NCBI GenBank assembly: GCA_028699255.1
Contig: JAQVUX010000003.1
Span: 18,654-82,653 of the forward strand
From: Candidatus Omnitrophota bacterium
Lineage (GTDB): Bacteria > Omnitrophota > Gorgyraeia > 2-01-FULL-45-10
Direction of reading: 5' to 3'
Length of the DNA stretch: 64,000 bases
A model generated the notes under the pieces. That model was not told the origin of the DNA. It searched no databases and worked only from the letters and a program-made list of their open reading frames with translations. Of this stretch, positions 29,473 through 40,257 are shown one piece after another. How positions within the stretch are numbered: the first letter of the stretch is position 1; each line of letters starts with the position of its first letter. The translations under genes and the position numbers were made by a program.

Positions 29473-30783
29473 TTGAAGAAGAATAAGGTTCTGATGATAT
29501 CGTATCTGTGGCCTCCCATGGAAGACGTAGGGGTGGGCAGGGCATTAAAGTTTGCAAAGTATCTTTCCGATTATAACTGGGAACCCGTAGTCCTTACTAT
29601 AGATCGCGGAGATGCCCGTTCTGACTATGCGGACGAAGCGGGCAAAATAAGGACTATCAAGACGGATTACGTGGATGTTATCGAAAAAATAAAGAGTGCC
29701 ATATTTTTTAAACGCCCGGCTTCGGCGAACCGATCCGCCGATGTAAAATGCGCAGGCGAGCTTCAAAGACGAAATCATTTGGCGGAAGCCGTTCGCGAGC
29801 TTATCTCTATACCCGACGAAAGAATAGGATGGTATAAATTTGCGGTTCAGTCCGGTATGAATATTATCGAAAAAGAAGGCGTAGATGTCATATTCAGTAC
29901 ATCGCCTCCCGAAACGGCTAACTTGATAGCGCGAACGTTAAAAAAGAAATGCCACATACCATGGGTTGCCGATCTTAGGGATCTTTGGGCTGATGACCAT
30001 TATCGGCAAAGGCATCCGTTTAAAAAATCTGTTTTAAGGTTTATGGAAAAGCGTGTGCTAAAAGATGCGGATGCGGTGATAACGGTATCTGAACCTTGGG
30101 CTGAAACGCTTCGCGCTAATTCTTCCGGCTGTGACAGGGTAAAGGTGATAGAGAACGGATTTGACGAAGACGAATTTTCAGGCAAAAGCTACAAGAAGAA
30201 CGATAAATTAGTCATCGCATACACCGGTAAACTGCACAAAACCTATCAGCCGTTAGAAGCTTTTTTTAAAGCTCTGAGGGATCTGGTCGGCGAAGGCCTG
30301 ATAAGCAGTGATAAGATCGATGTCCGGTTTTATGTTTTCGGATATGATAAGCCGGATATAAAAACGCTCGCAGTCAGGTATGGAATTAGTTCAATAGTAC
30401 ATGAATATGGCAGGACCGGCCGCGAGGAAGCGCTGAAGATACAGCGCGCGGCTGATGCGTTGCTGTTCGTTCAGTGGCAGGGCGCGGGCGGGGATGGATG
30501 GTATTCGGCCAAGATATATGACTACATAGGAGCAAGGCGGCCTATCCTGGCCATAGCCAAAGACGGAGGTATCGTGTCCGGCCTTATCAAAAAAGTCTCC
30601 GGCGGCATAGTTGCCGACGGGGAAGAAGCTTTGAAAAACGCTATTCTGAAACTTTATGACGAGTATATTAAAAACTCCTCCGTAAGGTATGCCGGCGATG
30701 AAAACGAAGTGTTAAAACAGACAAGGTACGCGCGAACCGGCGAGCTGGCCGGTATCTTAAACTCGGTGATAAAACATGGCTAA
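29473..30783 (+). CDS. Glycosyltransferase, GT-B fold (GT4-like)
   Basis: VLMISYLWPP...GVGRAL N-terminal GT4-like start, two Rossmann halves, 436 aa. Confidence 0.6.
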   Translation: MKKNKVLMISYLWPPMEDVGVGRALKFAKYLSDYNWEPVVLTIDRGDARSDYADEAGKIRTIKTDYVDVIEKIKSAIFFKRPASANRSADVKCAGELQRRNHLAEAVRELISIPDERIGWYKFAVQSGMNIIEKEGVDVIFSTSPPETANLIARTLKKKCHIPWVADLRDLWADDHYRQRHPFKKSVLRFMEKRVLKDADAVITVSEPWAETLRANSSGCDRVKVIENGFDEDEFSGKSYKKNDKLVIAYTGKLHKTYQPLEAFFKALRDLVGEGLISSDKIDVRFYVFGYDKPDIKTLAVRYGISSIVHEYGRTGREEALKIQRAADALLFVQWQGAGGDGWYSAKIYDYIGARRPILAIAKDGGIVSGLIKKVSGGIVADGEEALKNAILKLYDEYIKNSSVRYAGDENEVLKQTRYARTGELAGILNSVIKHG

Positions 30784-32134
30784 ACGTAATATGTTAAGCG
30801 TAATTATGTCCCCAATTGATATCGCTGTTTTTCTCGCGCTATATATTGGTACATTTTTATGTATAGCGGTTTTATGTGTAGCAAATAATTTTCGTAAGAC
30901 AAAGAAGGCGGTTGCCGGCAATGTCTTACAGTTGGTCCATTTCAGCATAGATGATATTGAGCGGGATAAAGCCTCGAACATTCTTTTTAAATCGGATCTC
31001 GACGGATATTTTAAAAGAGTGGTTACTGTTCTGTTCTCCAGTTCAAATCCGAGGCGGATCGATAAACAATATAATCCTTCGCACAGAGTTATAAATATTC
31101 CCCAGCGCCCGGAAAATATTCTGGAACTTATAGGTTTCGCGAAAACGAATCTGGCGATAAGCGCCCTCGGTCTTTTTTGCAGGTGCATTAAATTGATCAA
31201 AGCCGAGGAGATATCGCTGATAAGAGCGCAGGATCCGTTTATGCTTGGCCTGACGGCTTTTGTCGCGTCGTTGTGCACGGGCATTCCTTATACGATACAT
31301 GTCGTCCATAATTATGATGTATCGACACGAGCATTGCAAAGGCTGGTATTCCCGCCGTTTTTATTAAGGGCGGTTGAGGATAAAGTTGAAAAGCTTGTGT
31401 TTAAGAACAACCTATTCACAACCTCAAGCTACATAAATTACAGGTTTTATGCCATATCCCACGGCGCGAATGAAGCGACGGCATTTTCATTGCGTACGCC
31501 GGTGCAGGGCGCCCACTTTAAGGAACTGGCGTCGCGCAGAAACCTGAAAGAGGAGTTGGGGCTGTCGGGTAAGTCGATGTTGTTTTACGCGGGGCGGATA
31601 GAGAAGGTTAAGTTCGTCGAAGATCTTGTGGTGTGCCTTAACAATGTGAGAAAAGCGGCGCGGGATGTTGTGCTTGTGGTGGCAGGAGATGGAAAGCTGA
31701 AGAGCCGGATGGAAGCGCAGGCCGAGGAATTCGGTATATCCGATTCTTTGATATTCCTCGGGAAGGTATCGCACGATAGGCTGGCAGACCTTTATTTCTC
31801 ATCGGACGTTATATTATTTACCCATGCGGGTATTACTATAGTCGAGGCCGCTTTATCGGAAAAACCTGTAGTTTCGTATGATCATGACTGGGCATGTGAA
31901 TTTTTAGGATATAACGAGAGAGGGCTTGTGGCGCAATTCAAAGATAGCGGGGAGCTGGCACGATTGACGGTAAAATTATTGAAGGATAGGCAATTGGCAT
32001 CAGAACTGGGCGCCTCAGCCAGGGCTTTCGGGCTTAAATATTTCAATGATAAGGCAATAAAGGATATGGAGATCTCTGTTCTTAACCGGTTTCTTGTGAA
32101 AAATAATTCGCAGGAACAAGGGGAGTTTTTATGA
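30776..32134 (+). CDS. Glycosyltransferase family 4 with N-terminal TM anchor
   Basis: C-terminal GT4 block LFYAGRIEKVKFVEDL...VVLVVAGDG...LYFSSDVILFTHAGITIVEAALSEKPVV. Confidence 0.65.
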   Translation: MAKRNMLSVIMSPIDIAVFLALYIGTFLCIAVLCVANNFRKTKKAVAGNVLQLVHFSIDDIERDKASNILFKSDLDGYFKRVVTVLFSSSNPRRIDKQYNPSHRVINIPQRPENILELIGFAKTNLAISALGLFCRCIKLIKAEEISLIRAQDPFMLGLTAFVASLCTGIPYTIHVVHNYDVSTRALQRLVFPPFLLRAVEDKVEKLVFKNNLFTTSSYINYRFYAISHGANEATAFSLRTPVQGAHFKELASRRNLKEELGLSGKSMLFYAGRIEKVKFVEDLVVCLNNVRKAARDVVLVVAGDGKLKSRMEAQAEEFGISDSLIFLGKVSHDRLADLYFSSDVILFTHAGITIVEAALSEKPVVSYDHDWACEFLGYNERGLVAQFKDSGELARLTVKLLKDRQLASELGASARAFGLKYFNDKAIKDMEISVLNRFLVKNNSQEQGEFL

Positions 32135-33585
32135 AAGGTAAAGCCGTAATAGCGCTGGTGATAATGGAAAGCGACAGGGTTTTGCATCCTCTCGGAGTTT
32201 TGTATCTCGGAGATGCTTTGAAAAAGGCCGGATACGATGTCCGCCTTTTCAATGTATTTCCCGAAGGCATCCCATCCGCCGCCCGCGAGATAGCCGCTAT
32301 TAAGCCGCTCTTTGTCGGAATATCGACGTTGACGGGATTGCAGACGGAGAAGAGTTATGAAATAACCAAAGCTATCAAGGCTATCGATAAAAGCATCAAG
32401 ATAGTGTGGGGAGGCGTTCATCCGAGCATGCTTCCCGAAGATTGCTTAAAAGATGAAGATATCGACATCGTATCCATAGGGGAGGGGGAGGAGCTAATAG
32501 TGGATCTCGCCGACTCTTTTCTCCGGGGCTCGGCCCTTAACGGCGTAAAAGGAATAGGGCATAAATCGGCGGGAAGTAATATTATTAATCCCGCGCGGGA
32601 TTTTATATCGAACCTTGACCTCTATGAGCCGGACTGGACGCTTATTGACGCCGAGAAGTGCATATCCGTCCTACCGGATGGACGCAGACAGATAGATTTT
32701 ATAACTTCCAGGGGGTGCCCGCACAGGTGCGCCTTCTGTTACAATCAAAAATTCAACAAGAGAAGATGGCGGAAACATTCTTACGAATATGTTATCGAAA
32801 AACTGGGTTATCTGAATAAAAAACACGGTGTCCGGGCGATACAACTGCACGATGACAATTTTTTCGTGGATATGCCCCGCGCCTTTCGTATCCTCGAGAA
32901 GATGCAGGAGATGGATATCGCGAATACCAATTGCATGATAAGGCTGGAGGCATTGAATACGGACATATTAAAAAAACTGAGAGCACTCGGAACCAGGCGC
33001 ATATTTGTAGGATGGGAATCCGGCAATGACAGGGTTTTGAAGTTCATAAATAAAGATCTTACCAAAGATACCATATTGAAACAGTTTGAGCTCCTGGCGG
33101 ATTTCCCGGACATAGCGGTAACGGCCGCGGGTATAATAGGATTCCCTACCGAAACGTGGGAAGAGATATGTGAAACGATCGACCTTGGCATTAAATTGGC
33201 CGAGATGGTGCCGAGTACGGTTGTGGAGTATCAGACATTTCTTCCGTATCCTGGATCGCACTTGTACGATATCGCGATAAAGAGCGGTTACAAGGCGCCG
33301 GAAAACATCACCGGTTACGGCAAATTTAATGTCTATGGGACAGACATGGATCTCACGTGGCTTCCGTGGGCCAATAAAAACACCAAGGAGATATTTAACA
33401 GGATTGACAAATACGGAAAGCTTCTTACGCATTCCAAATCGTCAAGCCCGGTGCGGAGTTGCGCAAAAGAGTTGTTTTACAGGCTAAGCAAAGCCAGACT
33501 TCGGAGCAGGCACTTTGCTTTTCCGTGGGAAATATGGGTGCTTTATAATTTTAACAGGTACTACAACCCGAAGAGCCCATTTTAA
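32131..33585 (+). CDS. Cobalamin-binding (class B) radical SAM enzyme
   Basis: B12-binding N-terminus (KAVIALV...LGVLYLGDAL), radical SAM SRGCPHRCAFCYN. Confidence 0.8.
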   Translation: MKGKAVIALVIMESDRVLHPLGVLYLGDALKKAGYDVRLFNVFPEGIPSAAREIAAIKPLFVGISTLTGLQTEKSYEITKAIKAIDKSIKIVWGGVHPSMLPEDCLKDEDIDIVSIGEGEELIVDLADSFLRGSALNGVKGIGHKSAGSNIINPARDFISNLDLYEPDWTLIDAEKCISVLPDGRRQIDFITSRGCPHRCAFCYNQKFNKRRWRKHSYEYVIEKLGYLNKKHGVRAIQLHDDNFFVDMPRAFRILEKMQEMDIANTNCMIRLEALNTDILKKLRALGTRRIFVGWESGNDRVLKFINKDLTKDTILKQFELLADFPDIAVTAAGIIGFPTETWEEICETIDLGIKLAEMVPSTVVEYQTFLPYPGSHLYDIAIKSGYKAPENITGYGKFNVYGTDMDLTWLPWANKNTKEIFNRIDKYGKLLTHSKSSSPVRSCAKELFYRLSKARLRSRHFAFPWEIWVLYNFNRYYNPKSPF

Positions 33586-34446
33586 ATGTCAATATTTCCG
33601 GATAAGATCTCGAAGATAGGGTGGTATCTTAAAAAAGTTGAGTTTCCCGCAAGAAGCTTTCCTGCGGGGTTTAATTTTTGTATTCACACAGAGATGATTC
33701 ACGACGACGACACATATAATTCGGTCAGGAAGTTCGCGAAGAAATTCAACGCGTATACCGGCAAGAAGATTGCTGTTTGTATCATGACACCCGCCTGCCC
33801 GCTCATAAGATCTTCGATGGAAAAGGCGGGTGTTTCGGACGGAGAGTTCCGCTCGAGAGTTACCGCTATATCGGAATTTGCCGAGATCGGGTACCATGGG
33901 CACTTTTATTTAACCGGCGGTAGTACTCTTACGCAGATCTCGCACATGAATTACGACAAGGAGGCCATCAGGGCGCAAATCGATGAAGAGATGGCGTGGT
34001 TTAAAGTCTCCGGTATTTATCCTGCGGTGTATATAGCCGGCTGGTGGTTTTTGACGGCGGATATAGTCGCAAAACTTGAAAGCTGCGGGTTTTTGATAGA
34101 CGTATCGATAAGAAGAGGGAAAATCGATACGGCCGGCGGTAAATATCTTGAAGATGCGATTATCCCGAAATACGGCCAGCCATTTATACTGCCGCCATCA
34201 AAAAACATCGTAGAGATACAGAGCGTTTTCGGTCCCGTGATGCCGCCGCCCATTATGCGGGGGCATTTGTCGCCGTATCTTAAAGAAGACGTTGACCGGC
34301 AGTTATCTTTTATTTTTCCCTTGCACGATTGGGATATTGCGAAGTATTACCGGAATATATGGTTGAATGTGCGCGAACTGGAAGGGTGTAAAAAGACAAT
34401 AGAATGGATGAATCTAAATGAAATGCGTGACCGCTTTCTCCGCTGA
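33586..34446 (+). CDS. Hypothetical protein (possibly divergent carbohydrate esterase/deacetylase-like)
   Basis: No firm motif; His/Asp-rich blocks (IHTEMIHDDD, GYHGHFY) weakly reminiscent of NodB-type metal site. Confidence 0.3.
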   Translation: MSIFPDKISKIGWYLKKVEFPARSFPAGFNFCIHTEMIHDDDTYNSVRKFAKKFNAYTGKKIAVCIMTPACPLIRSSMEKAGVSDGEFRSRVTAISEFAEIGYHGHFYLTGGSTLTQISHMNYDKEAIRAQIDEEMAWFKVSGIYPAVYIAGWWFLTADIVAKLESCGFLIDVSIRRGKIDTAGGKYLEDAIIPKYGQPFILPPSKNIVEIQSVFGPVMPPPIMRGHLSPYLKEDVDRQLSFIFPLHDWDIAKYYRNIWLNVRELEGCKKTIEWMNLNEMRDRFLR

Positions 34447-35356
34447 AATGAGAGAAAAAATAAAAAGCATAGGCGCTAAGGCCAATAAATCGGCCGGTGA
34501 TCTTCAGCCGTGGCCGAACTATTTTGATGCCAAGGCCATGGAATTCGGGATAGTCTCCAACTTTTGCGATATAGGTAATGCGCGGTGTGCTCTTGAAATA
34601 GGGTGCGGCAATGGCTTTACCTCAGCCATGCTTTCCGCGGTTGCGGACAAAGTAGTTGCGTTCGACCTTCCGGGCAAGGCGGAATCCAGTCATTCCCTCG
34701 GGATAAATATTGCGAGGGAGCTTTTTGCGCGGCTTGGAATTAATAAGATCGACGTTGTCGGAGGATCCGCCGAAAGCCTGCCTTTTTCAGATGGTTCCTT
34801 CGATCTGGTTTTTTCCGCATACGCGATCCAGTATGTGAAGGATAAAGACAAGGCACTGAGTGAGATCCGCAGGGTTTTGAAACCCGGCGGCAGGGCTATA
34901 ATGATAATGCCGAATTTTACAGAGCGTCTTTTTGTGCCTGTGATGAAACTCGAATATATAATCGCCGAGGCCTCGCGTAGATTGATGGGACTTTTTCGTA
35001 GAAAAAGAGCGACGCAATATGGTTCCAGCCAAATCGCGTCAGGCGCCCGGAGGGTAAGCGCAGGCGGTATATTGCGCTATATAGCGCTAAAGCCGGATGG
35101 TTGTTACGGAAGTTTCATTGAAGAGCTTTTTCGCCATACTCCGTGGGCCTGGAAGAGTCTTTTTAAAAAGAACGGTTTTATAATAAAAAGCACCTTTTCT
35201 ACCGAAATCTTTCCTGCCGGAGTTTTTGGTATATTGAATTCATCGCTTGGTAAGATGGCCGCCGGAAAAGCAGGCCGTCTTAGTTTAAAGGTCGGCGCTT
35301 TTCCTGTGATAAAAAATGCTGGATACTCTTTTGGCGTTGTTGCAATAAAACCCTGA
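34418..35356 (+). CDS. Class I SAM-dependent methyltransferase (alternative start ATG 34448)
   Basis: Motif I ALEIGCGNGFTS, VLKPGGRAIMIMPN. Confidence 0.65.
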   Translation: MKCVTAFSAEMREKIKSIGAKANKSAGDLQPWPNYFDAKAMEFGIVSNFCDIGNARCALEIGCGNGFTSAMLSAVADKVVAFDLPGKAESSHSLGINIARELFARLGINKIDVVGGSAESLPFSDGSFDLVFSAYAIQYVKDKDKALSEIRRVLKPGGRAIMIMPNFTERLFVPVMKLEYIIAEASRRLMGLFRRKRATQYGSSQIASGARRVSAGGILRYIALKPDGCYGSFIEELFRHTPWAWKSLFKKNGFIIKSTFSTEIFPAGVFGILNSSLGKMAAGKAGRLSLKVGAFPVIKNAGYSFGVVAIKP

Positions 35357-35365
35357 GAAGAAAAC

Positions 35366-36445
35366 ATGGATATCGCCGCTATTAAAGAAGCTGTAAACAC
35401 TATGCTGTCGGACTATACCGCCGGCCAGAAGTTGAATTATCTTAAATATCTTTTTTCATCTGGAAACGAGGTGTTGGGATACGATCCGTTGACTATATCG
35501 ATAGTGGCTACAGGACGCTGTACTTTGGGTTGCGATATGTGCCCGACCCATTCTCGCATCGTGCCCAAAGATTATAAACATATACAGAAAAACACAAAGG
35601 ATATCGACCTCGCGTTATTTACGGACATAGTTGACCGTTTTAAGAACGCGCTTACGCTACAGATAATAGGATCGGGTGAGCCTCTTTTAAACAAAGATCT
35701 TTTCAGGATGATAGATTATGCCGCCGGCAGGTCTATGGTCGTGAAGACGTTTTCTAACGGCACGACGATCAGTGATAATATCGGCAAGATACTTGCTTCA
35801 CGCCTGGAAGGCATCACCATAAGCCTGAACGGGCATAACCCGGAAGAATTTAAAAGGATGACCGGGATGCGGGAAGATATCTATAAAAATATATATAATT
35901 CCGTAAAAAAATTGATCGAAGAGAGAAACCGGACAGGTTCGCGGATCAGAGTCAAGCTGTCGCATATAATCGACAAATATAATTATAAGTTCATCCCCCA
36001 GATGATAAAGGCCTCCCTTGATCTTGGGGCGGATCATGTATTTTTATGTAATTTTCTCGCGGCTCCTTACGACGGATTGAATGCCGCCGAAAGAGTATTG
36101 GAAAATTCCAGTGAGGTGATACGGCAAATAAACGATATGGCAGGCAAGATGCCTTATAGCGCCCGAAGAAAGGTAACATTCCCATCGCTTCTGGATAAGA
36201 ACGCCGGGGAGTGCGCATGTCGCTCACATTTTTCTCAGATACGATTTGATGGTGACGGCAACGTTTCGAGTTGTTCGATGATGCTCCTGAACATGGAAAA
36301 CCAGGGAAATTATAAAGATAAGGATGTGTGGAATAACGATTTTTTTAAGGAAGCCAGAAGACGGTTTTTGTCCGATGACAGGGCGGCTCTCCCTGCGCCA
36401 TGTTTATGGTGCCCCGATAATTTCGGAGTATATCCGTGGAAATAA
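35366..36445 (+). CDS. Radical SAM enzyme with C-terminal SPASM/twitch Cys cluster
   Basis: TGRCTLGCDMCP (CxxxCxxC), C-terminal Cys-rich region CACRSH...SSCSMM...CLWCPDNFG. Confidence 0.7.
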   Translation: MDIAAIKEAVNTMLSDYTAGQKLNYLKYLFSSGNEVLGYDPLTISIVATGRCTLGCDMCPTHSRIVPKDYKHIQKNTKDIDLALFTDIVDRFKNALTLQIIGSGEPLLNKDLFRMIDYAAGRSMVVKTFSNGTTISDNIGKILASRLEGITISLNGHNPEEFKRMTGMREDIYKNIYNSVKKLIEERNRTGSRIRVKLSHIIDKYNYKFIPQMIKASLDLGADHVFLCNFLAAPYDGLNAAERVLENSSEVIRQINDMAGKMPYSARRKVTFPSLLDKNAGECACRSHFSQIRFDGDGNVSSCSMMLLNMENQGNYKDKDVWNNDFFKEARRRFLSDDRAALPAPCLWCPDNFGVYPWK

Positions 36446-36453
36446 AGGCGTGA

Positions 36454-37935
36454 ATGAAGAGGATACTTAAAATTACATCGGTTCTAGGCGCGGCGACCCT
36501 CGTAAAGATGGCCGTGGGCCTTATCCGCGCAAAATTTCTGGCATGGCAGATAGGGCCGGCCGGGGTGGGGCGTCTTGGCCAGGCTATGATGTATTCGATA
36601 TTTACCATACAGCTATGCTCGATGAATATGAGTATGGGCCTGACGAAGAATCTCTCGGAATCGCTTTCACAAAAAAAAGATGAGGATGTTTCAAAGACGA
36701 TTAATATAGCCGCTACCCTACAGTTTGTGTTATCAGCTGTATTTATAATTTCCATATTGCCGTTTTCGGGCAGGGTAACCAAGTTCCTATTTTCGGATAT
36801 GAGATATCTGGGATTTTTTATCGGTATCACTTTGGCTACGCCTTTTGCCGTATATATGAGCGGTATCGCCGATTCGATATTCTATAGTTTCAAGAAGATA
36901 CCGGAATACGCGAAGCTTATGATCTATCACGCATTAGCCGGCCTTGTGATACTTTTTATCCTGGTATGGTTCTTTAAGACGAATGGTGCGATATTGCAGG
37001 TTATAATCGTATCCGTACTGGGATTTATACTTGCGAATTATTTCATACGTAAAGCTACTTTTGTAAAGCAAAAGGTCGATCTTCGCATTCTCGGTAACGA
37101 TAAGGCCAGGCGTATATCGATAGAACTTTTCCAATACGGCCTGATAACTTTTTTGCCGGGCATGCTGACCACATTTACCATACTTTTCCTACGCAGTATA
37201 TTTATAAAAGAATTCGGCATTTCGGCGAACGGATATTATCAGGTTGCCTACGCGCTCAGCTCATACTATCTGCCCTTTGTGATGAACGCGTTATGGGGTC
37301 ATTTCTATCCGGAGATGTGCGCTATCAAAGATAACACCGGCATCAATCATGAAGTGAATCAATACATACGGTTTACGCTCTTTGCTTCTACGGCTATCGC
37401 CGCGCCGGTCATAATCTTCAGTAAGTATATAGTGCTCCTTGTCTTCTCGCGTGATTTTTTGAGCGCGTCGGGGCTTCTTGCCATACAGGTAACAGGAGAT
37501 ATATTCTTCGTCTTGTGCTGTATGTTCAGCACTTCACTCATGGCGAGAAAAAAGGTGAAGGCGCTTATATGGATTTCGATGCTCGGGTATAACCTGGCCA
37601 TTGTATGTTTTTATTTCATATTTGCGAAGCTGTGCGGACTTGATATAAAGAGCCTGAATATGGCCGTAGCCGCGGCGAACGTAGTATTTGCCGTGATATA
37701 CACCATATATTATAAATTGGACACCGGATTTTCACTGGCAATAGAGAATAAGGGGCTTCTTATAAAGAGCGTCATCCTTTTGATGATATTATGGTATTTG
37801 CCGGGCGCTAATATCATGACGTTCCTGGTAAAATCTTTTATTATCCCGGCGTGGTTGTTTTTATCGGCGACAAAAAAAGAGATGGATGGTTTCCGGTCAT
37901 TTGTTCTATCGTTTGTAAAGGAGCGCGCGGCATGA
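36454..37935 (+). CDS. wzx: Polysaccharide biosynthesis protein, Wzx-type flippase (MOP superfamily)
   Basis: ~12-14 TM helices, N-terminal KITSVLGAATLVKMAVGLIRAKFLAWQIGPAGVG typical of Wzx/RfbX. Confidence 0.7.
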   Translation: MKRILKITSVLGAATLVKMAVGLIRAKFLAWQIGPAGVGRLGQAMMYSIFTIQLCSMNMSMGLTKNLSESLSQKKDEDVSKTINIAATLQFVLSAVFIISILPFSGRVTKFLFSDMRYLGFFIGITLATPFAVYMSGIADSIFYSFKKIPEYAKLMIYHALAGLVILFILVWFFKTNGAILQVIIVSVLGFILANYFIRKATFVKQKVDLRILGNDKARRISIELFQYGLITFLPGMLTTFTILFLRSIFIKEFGISANGYYQVAYALSSYYLPFVMNALWGHFYPEMCAIKDNTGINHEVNQYIRFTLFASTAIAAPVIIFSKYIVLLVFSRDFLSASGLLAIQVTGDIFFVLCCMFSTSLMARKKVKALIWISMLGYNLAIVCFYFIFAKLCGLDIKSLNMAVAAANVVFAVIYTIYYKLDTGFSLAIENKGLLIKSVILLMILWYLPGANIMTFLVKSFIIPAWLFLSATKKEMDGFRSFVLSFVKERAA

Positions 37936-39290
37936 GTGATAAAAAAATAAAGATAGCCGTTTTTTCGAATTATTTCTGGGCATATACGTCATCTAAGATA
38001 GCCAGGAAGTGTTTTCCCGGCGCCGAACTGTCGCTTCTGACATTTTCCACAGAAGAGAAGTGCGAAAAATATGATTTTGGGATGGAGGTCATAGACCTCA
38101 ATAGTTTCAAGTCAAAAAATATTACAGCGTTTTTTAACGAGGCGCGCGTTATTAATAGTATGAAGTTCAGCGCGGCGGTCGTAGACCATGGTTTTAACAT
38201 TCACGATGCGATTTTATTATTTTTTATTGGCTTCAAAGATATCTATATCGTAGAGCCGGACAAAGAGGGCAAGTTGCGCCGTATCGGCAGAGCGGGGTTT
38301 TTAGGGATATTCATCCGTAAGATGCCGTATTTTTTCAACAAGGCACTTATAGGTGTTTCTAAACGTTTGCGGATGAGCGTAAGTATGGGGTCGCCGTCAG
38401 AACTTTTTGTCGAAACAACAAGCGCCTGCAACCTCAAGTGCATAGGGTGCCCGACCGGACTGGGTCAGCTTAAGAGGCCACCGGTCATGATAGGCGAAGA
38501 GGTTATCAAGAGGGTTATGGAGGACAGCAGAAAAAATTTCCGGTATCTCGATATAATATACCCATTTTTTTATGGTGAACCATTACTGAATAAAAATATA
38601 TTCGATTATCTCCGGAAATTTCGGGAGACCGTCTATCCGTATACGCGGATAGAGATGCATACTAACGGTAATATAGCGGATTCCGGAGCTATAGCGTCCC
38701 GCCTTATCGCCAGCGGTATTGATCTGGTAAGCATTTCGCTGGATGGCACCGACAGCGCTTCTTATGAAAGCTTCAGGCGGGGCGGGAACTTTAAGCTTGT
38801 TTTTGAGTTCATAAAGAATCTGTCGGCGGCAAAAAAAGAAGCCGGTGTCATGAAACCCGAGATAGTGGTGCAGATGATTCTTACAAAATACTCCGAAGAC
38901 AGGATGGAGCGTTTTAAGGCTATGAGATCGGAGATGGGCGCGGACAGGATCGTATTTAAAGAGTTCTTTCACGAGTTTACTGAACTATCCGATGAGGAAG
39001 CGTATTCTATGGCGCCGTCCAAAAAGGAGCTTGTCCTCGACAGGGATACAAAAAAGAAGATTATAAGAAGCAAGAATAATTCGTGCGGATGGGTATACAG
39101 GGCTATCTGCGTAGCTTCCACCGGTGACATAGCCGCATGTTGTATAGATTCCAACGCTTCTTTACTGCGCGGACTGAATATAAAGGATAAGAATATCGCG
39201 AAAGTATGGAATTCACCGGAGTACAGGCAGTTCAGGAAAGGGCTTTTACGCGGCAAAATAGATATTTGTAATAAATGTTTCATGTCATAG
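37932..39290 (+). CDS. Radical SAM enzyme with SPASM-like C-terminus and ~170 aa N-terminal extension
   Basis: ETTSACNLKCIGCP (CxxxCxxC), C-terminal CGWVYRAICVASTGDIAACCIDSN...CNKC; ATG 37932 overlaps upstream stop (ATGA). Confidence 0.7.
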   Translation: MSDKKIKIAVFSNYFWAYTSSKIARKCFPGAELSLLTFSTEEKCEKYDFGMEVIDLNSFKSKNITAFFNEARVINSMKFSAAVVDHGFNIHDAILLFFIGFKDIYIVEPDKEGKLRRIGRAGFLGIFIRKMPYFFNKALIGVSKRLRMSVSMGSPSELFVETTSACNLKCIGCPTGLGQLKRPPVMIGEEVIKRVMEDSRKNFRYLDIIYPFFYGEPLLNKNIFDYLRKFRETVYPYTRIEMHTNGNIADSGAIASRLIASGIDLVSISLDGTDSASYESFRRGGNFKLVFEFIKNLSAAKKEAGVMKPEIVVQMILTKYSEDRMERFKAMRSEMGADRIVFKEFFHEFTELSDEEAYSMAPSKKELVLDRDTKKKIIRSKNNSCGWVYRAICVASTGDIAACCIDSNASLLRGLNIKDKNIAKVWNSPEYRQFRKGLLRGKIDICNKCFMS

Positions 39291-39297
39291 GAACGCT

Positions 39298-40257
39298 ATG
39301 AACATATCTCTCATAATACCAGTTAAGAACGAAGAAAAGGCTGTAGGGCCTCTCCTGGTTTCTATTATGGCCCAGACACTTGTGCCCGAAGAAATAGTTA
39401 TAACAGACGGTGGTTCAACCGATAATACCGTTAGGGCAATAGAAGATTATATAAAAAAGGGGTTTCCTATAAAGATGGTACGTACGGACGACGCGTTCCC
39501 GGGTAAGGGCAGAAATCTCGCCATCGAGGCATCGGGTAATGAGCTTATCGCCATGACGGATGCGGGGATAACCCTGGATAAGAACTGGCTTGAGGAACTT
39601 GCCCAAATGTTCAGCGCTGACCCTGATCTTAAAGTGGCTTATGGTTCGTATGAGCCTGTTACAGACTCTCTTTTTAAAGAATGTTTCGCGTTACTTGCCC
39701 TATCGGCTCCGGTATCCTTGGGCGGTAGATGGACGAGAACATATTTTGTCGCATCGTCGATGATAAAAAAAGATGTATGGCGCTCCGTAGGCGGTTTCCC
39801 GGATCTGCGCTCGGCGGAGGACAAGATATTCATGGACAGGATAAAGCAAAAGCATTTTAAAACAACGGTGAATCCAAAAGCGATAGTGCATTGGAACCTG
39901 CCGGGAGATTTTTTACAGGTGTTTAAAAAAGTATCGTTATATTCGATGCACGATCTGATAGCGGGAAGATTCAATGATTGGCACAGATCCGTCACACTTA
40001 TGTACCTGGCCGGATTGGTTTTCTTTATGCTTGGTTTTGCCTTCTCTCCGGCGTGGTTTTTTATTCTCGTCTTCTGCGCTCTGGCCAGATCAGCCTTGAT
40101 CCTTGTTAAGAAATCGCCGGGCAGACTTTTGCCATACTTTCTTGACTTAAGAAGATTCGCCTTACTTACCGCATTGATGTTCTGGATAGATATTGCTATG
40201 TTTTATGGTATCGTATGTTATGTCGGTAAAAAATGGAGGCTCGGATGGCACAAATGA
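39298..40257 (+). CDS. Glycosyltransferase family 2 with C-terminal TM region
   Basis: MNISLIIPVKNEEKAVGPLL, DxD-like TDGGSTDNT, DAG (MTDAGIT). Confidence 0.7.
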   Translation: MNISLIIPVKNEEKAVGPLLVSIMAQTLVPEEIVITDGGSTDNTVRAIEDYIKKGFPIKMVRTDDAFPGKGRNLAIEASGNELIAMTDAGITLDKNWLEELAQMFSADPDLKVAYGSYEPVTDSLFKECFALLALSAPVSLGGRWTRTYFVASSMIKKDVWRSVGGFPDLRSAEDKIFMDRIKQKHFKTTVNPKAIVHWNLPGDFLQVFKKVSLYSMHDLIAGRFNDWHRSVTLMYLAGLVFFMLGFAFSPAWFFILVFCALARSALILVKKSPGRLLPYFLDLRRFALLTALMFWIDIAMFYGIVCYVGKKWRLGWHK